The translations under genes were made by a program, and so were the position numbers. A DNA stretch of 64,000 nucleotides from Tetramitus jugosus (Eukaryota > Protista > Heterolobosea): positions 372,001 through 436,000 of the forward strand of contig OW569351.1 in the NCBI GenBank assembly GCA_937625935.1. The letters are read 5' to 3'. Positions 25,764-37,462 of this stretch are shown here, piece by piece (the stretch's first letter is position 1; every line of letters starts with the position of its first letter). Under the pieces are notes generated by a model. The model was not told where the DNA came from and made no database searches. It saw only the letters and a list, made by a program, of their open reading frames with translations.

Positions 25764-28700
25764 TTACTTCTTGGATGCCTTCTTCTTCTTTTGTGGTTGA
25801 GAGTCGGCTGGAGCAGACTGCTTTCCTTCCTTGTTTTGCTCAGATATCTTCCGTTTGTTGGTTTGTTTCTTGTCCTGTGCAGGTTTTTCTGATGCCACAG
25901 CTGTGGATACAGCTTTAGCTGGCTCAGCCTTATCACTGTGTTTCACTTCCTTTACAGCATTCAACAACTTGTCGATGATGGTTTGGAATTTTGGTTGCTT
26001 TTCCTTCAGTGTCGTCAGTACATCGTTGGTTTTCGTTCTGAGAGAGCTAGATATGCCGACCTTATTTGCGATCAACAGATCGACAACCTTGTGGGTTGTG
26101 GTAGTGAAGTGAGTGAACTCACTCTTCGATGGAATCTTTTCTTCGAATGTAGGGCAGAGAGCAATCAACACCTCGAAGATGTTCTTGATATCGCTTGGAG
26201 CAGAGAAGAAAGATCCCTTGCTCTTGTGATTGTTCACAACAAAGTGATAGAATCTAATAACATCGGAACGTGCCTTTTGTCCACTAGCCAAGAACTTGCT
26301 TGTCATTTGGGCAGTGATACGTGGCATTAGGAAATGCACTCCCCATGCAAAAGCAGCAGGGATCTTGAACTTGAAACCTGATTGAGCGAGAGCCTTGCAG
26401 ACAATCTTCGAGCAAGATACTGGTAGGTTCTTGTTGGCCTTGGTCCTAACGGAGGCTATTCTGTCCAAGAGAGCAATCAAGAACGGAATGCACTTGTCGA
26501 ACAGCAAGCTCTTGACAGAGTTTTGCAAGTGTTGACTTGCCTTGCTTGTTGACAACTTTCTGTTATTTGCAAAACTTAGAATATGCGAGAGTTGAGGTGT
26601 TACCTTCTCCTCAATGATAGCCAATTGCTCTGGAGTCAGTTGAGAACTGAAGGTAAGAGTGTTTTCACCCTTCACAGAGAACACAGAAATGGCATCCATG
26701 ATAGACTTTCCTCTACCTTCAGGCTTGGTAATATTCTTGGCAATAGCAATGACTCTCTCCAAGATTACAGCTCTTGGGTTGTTGATTGATCCTCTAATAA
26801 AGTCGAGGCATTCAACAAACATGTTCAAGAGCACGGAGGAAGGAGTATTCTTGTGGACTAGACCTTCCAACATGGACACAATATTCTTAGCAACTTCGAT
26901 TTGTGGTTGATTCGTCTTCTTTCTCTTCTCAGCCTCGAGTCTTCTCAGCTTAAATGCAGCAGCGATGGTACCATCGATGGAAAACATCTTTTCATCAGTC
27001 CAATCAGCCTCAGGATCCTCTTCTTCATCGTCACCCATCTTCTCATCTTCTGCTTCGTCATCTTCAGACTCCTCATCCTCCTCACTTTCCTCTTCTTCTG
27101 CTGTTGGCTTTTCATTGGAAGATTCCTTTGGCTCCTCTGCTTCGTTGTCTGATTCATCATCCATATCTTCGTCAGAGTCCTCTTCGTTTTCATCCTTTGA
27201 ACTGTCGTCATATAATGCTTGGAACAACAATTGGAAGCATTCAGAGTTCAAATAAGAAGAGAATGCAAACAGACACATTCTGGTCGCATAAGTCAATGAT
27301 TGTTCAGCAGTGACAAGACCTACTAACACATCAGTGAAGACTTCCATTGGCTCTGGTGCCTTCTCTTCGCCCTCTTCTGACTTTGCCTCCTTATCCTTGG
27401 AGGACTTGCTCTTAGAGGAGAAGATGTTGTTTAGGAACTGGAGCAAATCATCAGCCATATCACTAGAAATGACTTCTGGGTCATGCAACTGACAGACCAT
27501 GATATTATTCACTAGAACCTTCAGACTACACAGTTGAGCAGTTTGAATGCTAGTGTGATCACTTCTTTTCAGTAAGGTTCTGATCGTCTCTCTGACTGAT
27601 TTCAAAACCTTTCTGATAGAGTCTGTTTCCTCAGTGAAAACACTGTCCCTAGTTGCCTTGGTCTTCAACAATTCCTGTTCAAAGTTCAATAATTCATGGG
27701 ACCACGCCTTCATTTGAGTTGGCACCTTTGGCTTATTTGATTCGACATTGCTTGCCTTGGAAATTTCATAGTGTTGTTCCAAGAGAGAGAGATTTCTCAA
27801 GAACTCCAATAAACGATTGGTAATAGTTTGTCTCAATTCATCAGAAATGGAGGTTGTTCTCAAAACAAAAAGCGTCTCATTCGATGTTCCATTGCTCTCA
27901 AAGAAGGCAGGAACGAACAACAGCTTCAAAAGCTCCAAAATTCTTCTTGGTTCGCACTTTTGAGAATCATAAATACGGCAGTTGGTTTCAATAGCAGATA
28001 TCACGAGAGATGTGGTAGCATCAGAAAAGTTGTTCTTCAAGACGTGTTTCACAACAGCCAATAGAGAGGCCATGTCTGGATGCAGAGAGTGAGCAATAGA
28101 CTTGTTGATTAGATTCTTGAGCGATGTGTTCTTCTGATCCTTCTCATAGAGGTCAACAAGATTCACCAATACACTCTGATCCTCCACCATCTTCTTCTTA
28201 ATAAGCTTGTCCAGTTTGTTGATTGCAAAGAGGCCCTTCTTTGGTGTTCTCTTGTTCGTGTTTGGCCATGATCTCAGATAGGTCTGATTGGTCAATGGGA
28301 ACTTTGAGATACCAATGTCAGAATGACTCAAAACCTTTGCACAATAGTCAGCACCTGATTTCACACCTGACTTTAAGAACACACCACGATCCATGAAATA
28401 ATTCAATCGTGCACTAATCACGTCACTGTTCGCTTTTGCCAATTCATCAATGTGTGCGTCGACAATAGGTGGCAATTGATCGCTTGTTTGCAAATAAGCA
28501 TATAACTCATCGATAAACTTTGTTGATGTTAAAATATTGGCATCTGTTTGGTCGTTGGATCGCAGAGTGAATGATTTCTATAAAGGTTGGTTACTTGGTT
28601 AGTCATCATCATCATCGTCAAAAACAACAACAAATAATGATAATACGTACTGGATAAAGCTGAGACAAGTAATACGTCAAAGCAAAGTGATGCAATCTAA

Positions 28701-29591
28701 ATGAAGAGTATTCAGGAGTAATGAGTGGAGCGACATAGGCATCAACAATCTTCTTCTTTGCAAATTCCTTATCGTGCTTCATTGCACTCTTCACAATACC
28801 TATCAATGTTTCAATCACCAAATTCCTCACTGAAAAAGAAGTCTTGTGATTGTAAATGGCCAATAGTTGAGCAATTCTGGCCTCCCATTCTTCAATGTTC
28901 ACTGCGGTGACTGGAATCAAATCAGATTCATGAAGACACGATATGTAGAGACATTCAGCTACTTGATTTGCACTTAATGTCTTCTCTAATTCCTTCAGTT
29001 GGTTGATTGGTATTTGAGACTTGAATGTGCTAAAGAACTAAGAAATGAAGTGCGTGTGAGTGTCCATTTTTTTTGAGCGCACAACACATTTGACAAAAAA
29101 ATTGTAAATTGGCGGCAAAAAAAACGTACCTGAGCCAACACGGAAGCACTCAAGAGTCTCCTGTCTCCAAAGTTAAGACTGATAATAGCTGCGGATATAA
29201 AGTTCTTTGTTTCTTCAAAATCAAGCAATGATTTGACCTCGTTGTTGTTAATTAACTGTTGCAATTCTTCAAAAAGCTTTGAGACTGTAGCAGCAAAATC
29301 AGATACAATCTTCATATTGTTTGACATTCTCTGATTGTGTGATTGTGATGTGGACGATGGTGTGCTATTGCTAGTTGTTGTCGATATCAATGCATGCAAT
29401 TCATCTTGAATCGCATGAGAAGAAGGGAATTGTCTCAACAGATTAATCAAAGTAGACTTTTTTGGCGTCTTCTCAGCCTTCTTTGCTGGAACATCCTTGT
29501 TCACGACTTTTTTTGAAGCTTTTTGTTGTTGTTGTTCGTCATTCGATGATGATACTTGTTTCTTTTGTTGTTGTTTGGATGCAGTGGTCAT
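25764..29591 (-). CDS. MYBBP1A / Pol5-like nucleolar protein
   Basis: Three exons join in frame (introns 29038-29129 and 28578-28650). PEPMEVFTDVLVGL, then an acidic tract followed by WTDEKMFSIDGTIAAAFK, as in the Pol5/MYBBP1A family. Confidence 0.75.
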
Positions 29592-29901
29592 TTTGTTGCG
29601 CGCTCAATCCCAATATCACCAAATATGTTTGTTGTTTGCTTTGTTGTTGTTGAATGTGTGTGTGTGATGATGTGCAATAATTGCCTTTGCCCGTGTTGTG
29701 AAACCTCGTTGTGTGCAAGAATGCGCGCTGTGTGAGAATTCTGTGTGGTGTGAAAACGGAGCTTGCATATTCTTGTTGAACCTCAATCGAGACTTACAAA
29801 AAAAACACGGAGAAATAAGACCGCCAGTTTGTGCTTGAACTACGATTCCAAGAATCAAAAAACCACACAGATCAGGTAGAAAAGCAGCCGAGTAATATAC
29901 A

Positions 29902-30504
29902 ATGGAAGAAATTGAAGAAGAATTCAAGAAGCAATTTGATCCAAACCACCCTACCTACCACAACAGCAAGGACACTAGACCTATTGTGCCCTACTCCGGA
30001 GTGTCCAAGGTTCCAAGTAGCATGCCGAATGAAAGACCAGAAAACTGTCAAGAGCAACAAGTTGATGAAGCTCCAATAAACTATGGTGTGGAATTTGACT
30101 CTATTCAGGCAGTTAGAGAGCTATTGGGAGACTTGAAGAAGAAGATAGTTGCGGTAACTCAACCCATGGAGGCAGTCATCCGATTAACTTCAAATGGAGC
30201 ACCAGAGAGTCAAATTTCTGTCGAGGAAAAGAAAAAGGCAACTGCCATTGATAGTCTGAATTCGTTGAAGGAGTTGTTCCAACAAAATAGCACTGGCAGT
30301 GAAGCTCTTGTCGAAGTGAAACTTCAAGTCATTGATACCATTACAGAAGGAGCTAACAAGCAGTATGAAACCACAGAGGAACTCTTTGACTTTGCATCTC
30401 TGTGTAAGAGAGAAACTCAAAAGATTTTCAACGAACAAAAACAATTGTTGGAGAAGTTGAAGAAGATCAAGAAGGACTATGCTCTTGCTCAACAACAGCA
30501 ATAA
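29902..30504 (+). CDS. Hypothetical 200-aa helical protein
   Basis: Clean ORF with protein-like composition; stop embedded in AATAAA. Confidence 0.75.
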   Translation: MEEIEEEFKKQFDPNHPTYHNSKDTRPIVPYSGVSKVPSSMPNERPENCQEQQVDEAPINYGVEFDSIQAVRELLGDLKKKIVAVTQPMEAVIRLTSNGAPESQISVEEKKKATAIDSLNSLKELFQQNSTGSEALVEVKLQVIDTITEGANKQYETTEELFDFASLCKRETQKIFNEQKQLLEKLKKIKKDYALAQQQQ

Positions 30505-30609
30505 AATTGTCAAAATTAATCACAAAATTTTTTGTATCAATTCAACAAAAGCTTCAGTTTGCAATTAGCCGACCAAACAACAAAGCTCAAATAGGGAAAA
30601 GAAAAAGAA

Positions 30610-32427
30610 ATGATAGAATCGAGTCTATATCCAAAGGACTACCCGAACGGAACTCACAATCATAGATTCACAGTAACAGGCAACGTTGTCGAGCTTCCAA
30701 TGTCACCTTTTAAGCAAGAGCTACAGATGAAAAAACACTCCAATTCTAGTCCAACGCACCCTATTGAATCGATCAATAACAATGGATATGAGGGAAACAA
30801 AGCAAGCTCTACCTCGATTCAATCGTCTTATTCACGACCCACGGGTAAAACACCAACTGGAAATGGATCCAATCTTTTTAACAAGTCTCTGTTGTCTGAT
30901 ACAAAGTCTTCAAGTCTGAATCGCACAACACCAGAGCAAAGTCAAAAATCGAAAATGGATGGAACTTCAAAGAACCATGTGGACAGAATTAACGATTTAC
31001 TGAGTGATAAGGAGTTTGAAATTCGAAAGGGATCTGAAAACAAACTTTCAAGCTATTTCAGCCAGACTTCACTCAATTTAATCAGTAAGGCGTATGAGAT
31101 GAAACGATATGTTGAGAAGGAGCTGAACAGTGATGACGAGGAGACGAGTATTGACATTGATCGAGCAAGAGGTAGTAAATATGATAAGTACTGTCCGAAT
31201 TACTACCATAAACATCGAGAACCAACGAAACACAAGCGAGTACCTATATTGATTCCGCAACCAACTTCTAGTGAGAAAAGAGAACAAACCAAACAAAATA
31301 TTCAGGAGTTTGAGAGATATAAATCAGAAATTCTCGATCTCAGGAACGAAGTATCTCAATTACACAATAATCTAAAGAATGAGAAAGAGAAGCGGAGAAG
31401 AGATCGGAGCAACTTCGATATGGTTAGGGAGCAACAAGACAAGCAGCTTCAAATGAAGGAGGAAACGTTGGACAAGTTCAAGAAGATAGTCGAGGAATTG
31501 GAGTTTGCTAACAAAAAGAAGGATAATGAATCACTCATTTTGATACAAGATAAATCAAATCTAAGGAACAAACTTAGCATGTTAGAGAAGATGTTATCCG
31601 AAAAAGAAGAGAAAATACGGAGTCAAGATCGGACCCATCTAAGACCACTTCTGGAAGAATACCAGAAACAGATTGATAAGCTCATCAAAACCCACGAAGA
31701 AGAAGTTCAAAGGTTCAATAGAGAGAATGGCGAGCTACGGATCATCATTCAGAATCAGAACAAAGAGATAGAGGAGAATGATGAGATTAAGCAAAAACTA
31801 GAGAATCTCGAAGCTGAGTATGAGGAATTTAAAGCAACAACTGAACAAACGATAGCAGAGTATGAGGATCAGATGTCCAAGTATGAAACGAGTGTACAAA
31901 ATATGATTGAAGAGAAGAGAACACTGAATGATTCCTTTAATCAGAGTATGGATCAAGTCTACGACCAGATCATTGAGCGGGAGAAGAGTAAGAATGAGGC
32001 AATTGAACTTCTGGAGAATGTAAATAAGGAACTTAGGGATGATTTGTCGCTAATACATGAACAGTTCAGACAACGAATGCAGGAGAAAGATGTCGAGAAT
32101 CACAACTTGATACTACAGATGAAACAGTTGAGAGATGAAGATTACGCAACTCAAAGTGTTATTCAAATCAACAAGGAAGTGAAATATTGCTTGGGAGAGG
32201 TCAGAAGCTTAATACATCTAATCGAATCTCGGTCAAATGAAGCGAGTTCAATCTTTGACACGAACAAGACCTTCTCACCTCGAGAAGTACAACAAGAGAA
32301 TAATCATGCTGCTGCTCTTCGTAATGTTCTTCTGCTTCGGAAGGATCTGGAGCACTTGAAGGCTACAGTTACAGAGCAATATTCTCTCCACATCAGCAGT
32401 GCAGTCAATGATTGTACAACGCAGTAA
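30610..32427 (+). CDS. CEP85-like centrosomal coiled-coil protein
   Basis: S-rich N-terminus and coiled coil; C-terminus LRKDLEHLKATVTEQY..NDCTTQ resembles the CEP85 C-terminus (LRRDIEDLR..RYA..NCVTQ). Confidence 0.65.
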   Translation: MIESSLYPKDYPNGTHNHRFTVTGNVVELPMSPFKQELQMKKHSNSSPTHPIESINNNGYEGNKASSTSIQSSYSRPTGKTPTGNGSNLFNKSLLSDTKSSSLNRTTPEQSQKSKMDGTSKNHVDRINDLLSDKEFEIRKGSENKLSSYFSQTSLNLISKAYEMKRYVEKELNSDDEETSIDIDRARGSKYDKYCPNYYHKHREPTKHKRVPILIPQPTSSEKREQTKQNIQEFERYKSEILDLRNEVSQLHNNLKNEKEKRRRDRSNFDMVREQQDKQLQMKEETLDKFKKIVEELEFANKKKDNESLILIQDKSNLRNKLSMLEKMLSEKEEKIRSQDRTHLRPLLEEYQKQIDKLIKTHEEEVQRFNRENGELRIIIQNQNKEIEENDEIKQKLENLEAEYEEFKATTEQTIAEYEDQMSKYETSVQNMIEEKRTLNDSFNQSMDQVYDQIIEREKSKNEAIELLENVNKELRDDLSLIHEQFRQRMQEKDVENHNLILQMKQLRDEDYATQSVIQINKEVKYCLGEVRSLIHLIESRSNEASSIFDTNKTFSPREVQQENNHAAALRNVLLLRKDLEHLKATVTEQYSLHISSAVNDCTTQ

Positions 32428-32445
32428 GAATAAATAAAAGTTAGT

Positions 32446-35400
32446 TTACTCTGCAGTTATAAAAACTTCCTTTGCAGGCGGTCTGTTGTTATAGAAGGAA
32501 GACATTGAATGACCATATGAACCAGCACAGCAAATCACAACAACGTGACCATTGTAGCACTTATGCATCCATCTATCCTCACCGAATACATCTCCAGTTT
32601 CACAGATTGGACCCACAACTGTGTACTTTTGTTTTTCTACTGAGTCGTTGTTGTCGTGAGCGGTAGGGAATTCTGTTTCAGTATCATTCTGCTCGATCAT
32701 ACCAGACAAATTCACAATTTCGTGATAAGCATCGTACAGAGTTGGTCTGATCAAAGAGTTCATTCCAGTTTCGAGACCAACATATGACATGTCTTCAGAC
32801 TTCTTCTTTGTTTGAGTAACTCTAGCCAATAGAATACCAGAGTCAGCAGAGAGGAAACGACCTGGTTCAATCCAAAACTTCAATCCACGTTGCTGGATAA
32901 AGTCTGCATACTTGCGAGTGCCGTGCATTAGAGAATGCAAGTGATGATACACTTGAGAAATGTCCAGAGGTTGATCTTCTGGTCTGTATGGGACACCTAA
33001 TCCACCACCAAGGTCAAGTGTTCTGACATTTTGGAACAAACTACTCTGGCTGTTCATCAATAGATCCAAAAAGAACTGAGCTGTTTCTTTCCAGGCTTTT
33101 GTTTCCTTTAGAATACCTGAACCTACATGAGAATGTAGACCAACAACAGTTGTTCTATGTTGTTCACAGTACATGGCCAATTTGTCAAGATCGGCAAGTG
33201 GAATTCCAAACTTACTGCTCACACCAGCTGTTTTCACTTTGCTATGATGTCCTTTGCCCATTCCAGTATCAATGCGCAGGAAAATTTCCTTGTCAGTGAA
33301 CAACTCTGGCCATGCCTCAATGGCAAATACATTGTCGAGTGTCATGTTCACTCCGAGCTCAATACCACGAGCGTAGTCCTCTCTTGGAGCAAAGTTTGGC
33401 GTAAACAAGATTCTCTTGCGATCAATGGTTGGGAATAGAGACAGTACTAGATCCATTTCTTGTGTGCTGACACATTCAAATCCGAATTTCATGCTCTCGA
33501 TCAACTTCAAAATTTCTGGATGAGGATTCGCTTTCAATGCGAAGAAAATGTAGTTGACAACAGAGGATTTGTTGTCACGGATCAATGTTTCAACCAACTG
33601 AGTAGCTCGTTTTTTGATGGTTTCACCACTGTAGACGTACAGTGGTTGATTTTCATTGGCAATTAACTCCAATAACTGCGAAGATTGTTGTCTCCACCAG
33701 ACATCCTTTCCTGATACAACGTTGGATGTGACTGTGGATGGTCTTTGGGCAGCAGCTTGAGCATTGTAATCAGCCAACAATGTTCTCCATTCTTGTCCTA
33801 TTGCACTATTCAATCCAGCTTCCTTATCTCCCTTGAAGATCCATTCATGCACATCTGCAATAAGCACCTCTATTCCTTCAATATGTGGAACAATAAATGA
33901 TAGATTGACATTGGAATGAGCTTGTGAGATCATATGGATTGGATGAGTTGTGTGAGATGATGTCGTGTGGAACATTTGGAATACTGGACTCAATGTATGA
34001 ATCAGTCCACGAATGTTCGTTCCCACTAAACTGAGAGATGCACACGGACCAATGGTTGAAACTCTGCAGTTCATTGATTGCAGATCACGCACTAGCATGT
34101 TGATTCTATCCATACGATCGAATGATTCATCTGATTTGTCTTCTGATGCAGCATCGAGTGAACAGGTAACGTTGGCTTCTGAGGTGGTCACATAGTCCAC
34201 AGACAGATTATACCTCTTGAACAGTGCAAAGACATCACTCAAGAAACCAACTTGTTGCCACATAGCGAATGTATCGATTGAGATCATAATGATACCAGTT
34301 CTCAAACACACGCTCTTGATTTGAGGTTCTGCTTCCTCTGTAGAATCAGATGCAGTAATGTATGTTCCCTCTGTTTTCCCAATGGCGAAATGAATTGACT
34401 TGATTCTCACAGAGATATTGTCTTCTTGGAAGAGCTTCAACAGAGAGGGTGAGATGAAACGGGATTCTGATGCCGCAGCAATTTCCAGCGCTTCAACAAA
34501 GCTGAGTTCATTGATCACACGTGCACTGTCAATCGGCTGAGAGACACCAGGCAATTGACACGTGGACAAACCATAGCCCGACACATAAAATGATACTTCG
34601 CTGCACTCTAGCAATTTGGCAACACAAGCAACCGTACACTCTGCACCAAACTTTGGATCAAACGAAAACAGTCTATGGTTTCCCATGAGATCTCTCACAG
34701 AGTTGCCCTGAAGCACCACAATTCTACTTTGAACATTTTGTTCAATTCGATTCAACAACTCCATTCGTTTCGCTTCAGAGTAATCAAGATTGGAAGGAAC
34801 AGTGTTCAACGCACACGCAGCAGCAGCAGTAGCATCTTGTGCCTCGACCATTGTTGTCAAATAGAGACTAGAGTCCACAAACTCTGCTTCCATGTGCAAC
34901 ACACGATTCAAATACAAGCAAAAGATGCGTGAGACAATTTCGGAGCAAACAGACAAAATTTCTGCTCGAATACTGGAGGTGACCGATCCAACCAGACTAA
35001 TACCCAACAACAATCGCATCACTCTCTGAAACAATTGTTCCAATTCCAAATTTTCACTCAACAACGTGTCCAAAGTCACAACATTTTGTTGTTGAGGAGG
35101 CACAGAAGAGAACAATTGATCGACCCAATGTGCAAAATTCTCTCTCCACACATTGAATCCATCCACAAAATGATCATCACCACTTCCAGAGTAATCATCA
35201 AATGATTCTTCACCAGTGCAAGTAGAAGATGGTTGTTGATGTTGATTCCAAGTCAATGAAACATTGAATCGATCAGTCATTGAAACAATTGCATTTTTTG
35301 TGGAAAGAGTGTTCGTGTTCATCGTATTGTGATTGGCAGGTTGAGAGCAACAACTCTCTTGGATGAGGTCATTCAAATGTGTGAGGTCATCTTCACCTGA

Positions 35401-35547
35401 TGGACAAATGAGAATAATTTTACCACCACCAACACCACCAGAGCTATGATTGTGATTGTCATAGTGATGACGCAGAATTTCAATGATTCTTTGATGAGAG
35501 GCATGTATGCTCTGTGGTTGGAAATGAATCAGTTGGTGATGAGTCAT
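32446..35547 (-). CDS. Aspartate kinase(-like)-ACT-diaminopimelate decarboxylase fusion (LysC-LysA type)
   Basis: Intact DAPDC motifs FALKANP, FECVS, HSHVGSG, DLGGG, EPGRF, GPICETGD; ACT region MWQQVGFLSDVF..SVDYVTTSEANVT; degenerate kinase N-terminus; no introns. Confidence 0.92.
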   Translation of the reverse strand: MTHHQLIHFQPQSIHASHQRIIEILRHHYDNHNHSSGGVGGGKIILICPSGEDDLTHLNDLIQESCCSQPANHNTMNTNTLSTKNAIVSMTDRFNVSLTWNQHQQPSSTCTGEESFDDYSGSGDDHFVDGFNVWRENFAHWVDQLFSSVPPQQQNVVTLDTLLSENLELEQLFQRVMRLLLGISLVGSVTSSIRAEILSVCSEIVSRIFCLYLNRVLHMEAEFVDSSLYLTTMVEAQDATAAAACALNTVPSNLDYSEAKRMELLNRIEQNVQSRIVVLQGNSVRDLMGNHRLFSFDPKFGAECTVACVAKLLECSEVSFYVSGYGLSTCQLPGVSQPIDSARVINELSFVEALEIAAASESRFISPSLLKLFQEDNISVRIKSIHFAIGKTEGTYITASDSTEEAEPQIKSVCLRTGIIMISIDTFAMWQQVGFLSDVFALFKRYNLSVDYVTTSEANVTCSLDAASEDKSDESFDRMDRINMLVRDLQSMNCRVSTIGPCASLSLVGTNIRGLIHTLSPVFQMFHTTSSHTTHPIHMISQAHSNVNLSFIVPHIEGIEVLIADVHEWIFKGDKEAGLNSAIGQEWRTLLADYNAQAAAQRPSTVTSNVVSGKDVWWRQQSSQLLELIANENQPLYVYSGETIKKRATQLVETLIRDNKSSVVNYIFFALKANPHPEILKLIESMKFGFECVSTQEMDLVLSLFPTIDRKRILFTPNFAPREDYARGIELGVNMTLDNVFAIEAWPELFTDKEIFLRIDTGMGKGHHSKVKTAGVSSKFGIPLADLDKLAMYCEQHRTTVVGLHSHVGSGILKETKAWKETAQFFLDLLMNSQSSLFQNVRTLDLGGGLGVPYRPEDQPLDISQVYHHLHSLMHGTRKYADFIQQRGLKFWIEPGRFLSADSGILLARVTQTKKKSEDMSYVGLETGMNSLIRPTLYDAYHEIVNLSGMIEQNDTETEFPTAHDNNDSVEKQKYTVVGPICETGDVFGEDRWMHKCYNGHVVVICCAGSYGHSMSSFYNNRPPAKEVFITAE

Positions 35548-36000
35548 ATTCGTATTATTAAAAGTTTTTTGTTTGTGTACTGTTTGTTTGTGTGTGTTGA
35601 TGACGTTTCGAGCTCAAAAACAAAAAGCTTTCGGCAGCTGCTGTGTGAAACTGAAAAGCGCGTGAAATTTTATCTCATGCGAATATCTCCGATCCTTCCA
35701 ACCAACAACCAACACTACAAAAGTGGCAAGTAGAGAGGTGATCCTTCCAATCGAGTGGATAACAAGTGTTGGGTTCGTGCATTTGTTTTTGGTTCTACTG
35801 GAGTGACAACTCCCATTGCATTCCATGATTCTATCGTTCTTCCCAGACTGGTTCAACTCACAACTGGAAGCTCGCTTGCCATGTCACATCAGAATTTGCT
35901 CCCGACACTCCCAAAAAAAATTGACTCTCCGCACAACAAGAACAACACAACAACATTCTCACACGGAGAGGCGATCTACAACATTTGGCGCGCCAACACA

Positions 36001-37041
36001 ATGTCACACCATTCAAGCAACGATAGTGTAGACGATGAAGAAGTCGATACTTCCAGTGACGGGATCAACCTCGGAGAAATTCACACTCCCGCCCAACTGA
36101 AATCGGATTATTTTGGCGGAGGAGATAATTCTCCTTCTGTTCTGAGCAGCAGCAGTAGTGACGGTGATCTGTTGAAGCTCGAAGAGAGAATTCCCTTGTT
36201 GTTCAACCATAAGATTTATCGTTTCAACACATTTAAAAACGTGTATGAACAAGTGTCTGACGCTTATGCACTCACTGGTTGGAGACACATGTACATTGGA
36301 GTGCAGCACGAAGACTCCATCATCTGTATCAGTGTCACCACTGGTTGCATCTATCGAAAGATGATACGATCAAACAAGTACAATAGTGAAGAGCAGTCAA
36401 TGTTGATTGCAGATGGAACGGATCCGAATTTGCCTGTTTGGAATGACACGCGTGTCATGATTCACTTGGATAACAGGCTCTATTTGTTGTTGTCTGATCG
36501 CATCTATCAATTGAAGATATCGGGCAATGGTAGCAATTTTTCATTCTTGAAGATGGCTGATAGGAAGGCGTTGGGACCCAATTGGAAACGCAATTGCTTC
36601 GCAGTGTACAATAGAGCCATTTATGGAGTGGATGAACAGAGTGGACGGATATTGTGTTATGAGTTTGATTCTGATTTTACGAATATTGTGGATGACGGGG
36701 GACGAAGGTGGGACGATTGTTGTGGTATGGTCGTACTGGCAGATGACAAGCTATTGTTGTTTACGTCGGGTGGTGCCTATCATTTCAATCCAACAAATGC
36801 ACAGTATTCGATCGTGGGACGAGAGGAGAAGTGGTCACTGCACAATGGATGTGTTTGTCAAGTCGATGAGAGCACTGTAATCTTTTTGCATTTGGGTTGT
36901 GTGTTCCGATGGGACCTCTTCTCCAATCAGTACACACTGTTGCAGAAGGGATGGCGAATTTGTAATTTGGTTATTCCCTTCAAGCCAATTGACCACCGAG
37001 ATCACAAATTCTTGTCATTTGGCAGCTCATCAGCTCGTTAA
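36001..37041 (+). CDS. Predicted beta-propeller repeat protein
   Basis: About six W-initiated repeats of roughly 40-50 aa; start chosen at the ATG after a TTTGGCGCGCCAA motif (start uncertain; ATG at 35881 is also in frame). Confidence 0.6.
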   Translation: MSHHSSNDSVDDEEVDTSSDGINLGEIHTPAQLKSDYFGGGDNSPSVLSSSSSDGDLLKLEERIPLLFNHKIYRFNTFKNVYEQVSDAYALTGWRHMYIGVQHEDSIICISVTTGCIYRKMIRSNKYNSEEQSMLIADGTDPNLPVWNDTRVMIHLDNRLYLLLSDRIYQLKISGNGSNFSFLKMADRKALGPNWKRNCFAVYNRAIYGVDEQSGRILCYEFDSDFTNIVDDGGRRWDDCCGMVVLADDKLLLFTSGGAYHFNPTNAQYSIVGREEKWSLHNGCVCQVDESTVIFLHLGCVFRWDLFSNQYTLLQKGWRICNLVIPFKPIDHRDHKFLSFGSSSAR

Positions 37042-37462
37042 TGTGCACGTACCTGGAGGAGTTTTCAGTTTCTCACAGCGCCCACATACCATCATATGGC
37101 AAGGATATCCAATTGAAACTGTTGGCTCGAGAAGCAATGGAACAATCGTTACGAAAGGTTTGAGAATGAACAGAGTGAAGAAGGCAGAGAAGTAGGCCAA
37201 GAACATTCGTGAACAGGGTGAAGACCTCGATCGATGCCGTTCATCACCTATTCATCTCCTACAAGGAAGATACCAAACAATGACACTCTACGAGAAATGA
37301 AAGGTAACGGAGGAGATAACGCTGAGCAACCAGTTGGTTGTTTTAAAAAAATTTGATTCATGTGAAATTTGTGTCTTCTTCTGCATGATGGAAAATCAAG
37401 TTGTCCCAAATGAACTTACTCGAGAGTCGCGAGTTCCTGGACCTCAACAACAAAAGCAAACA

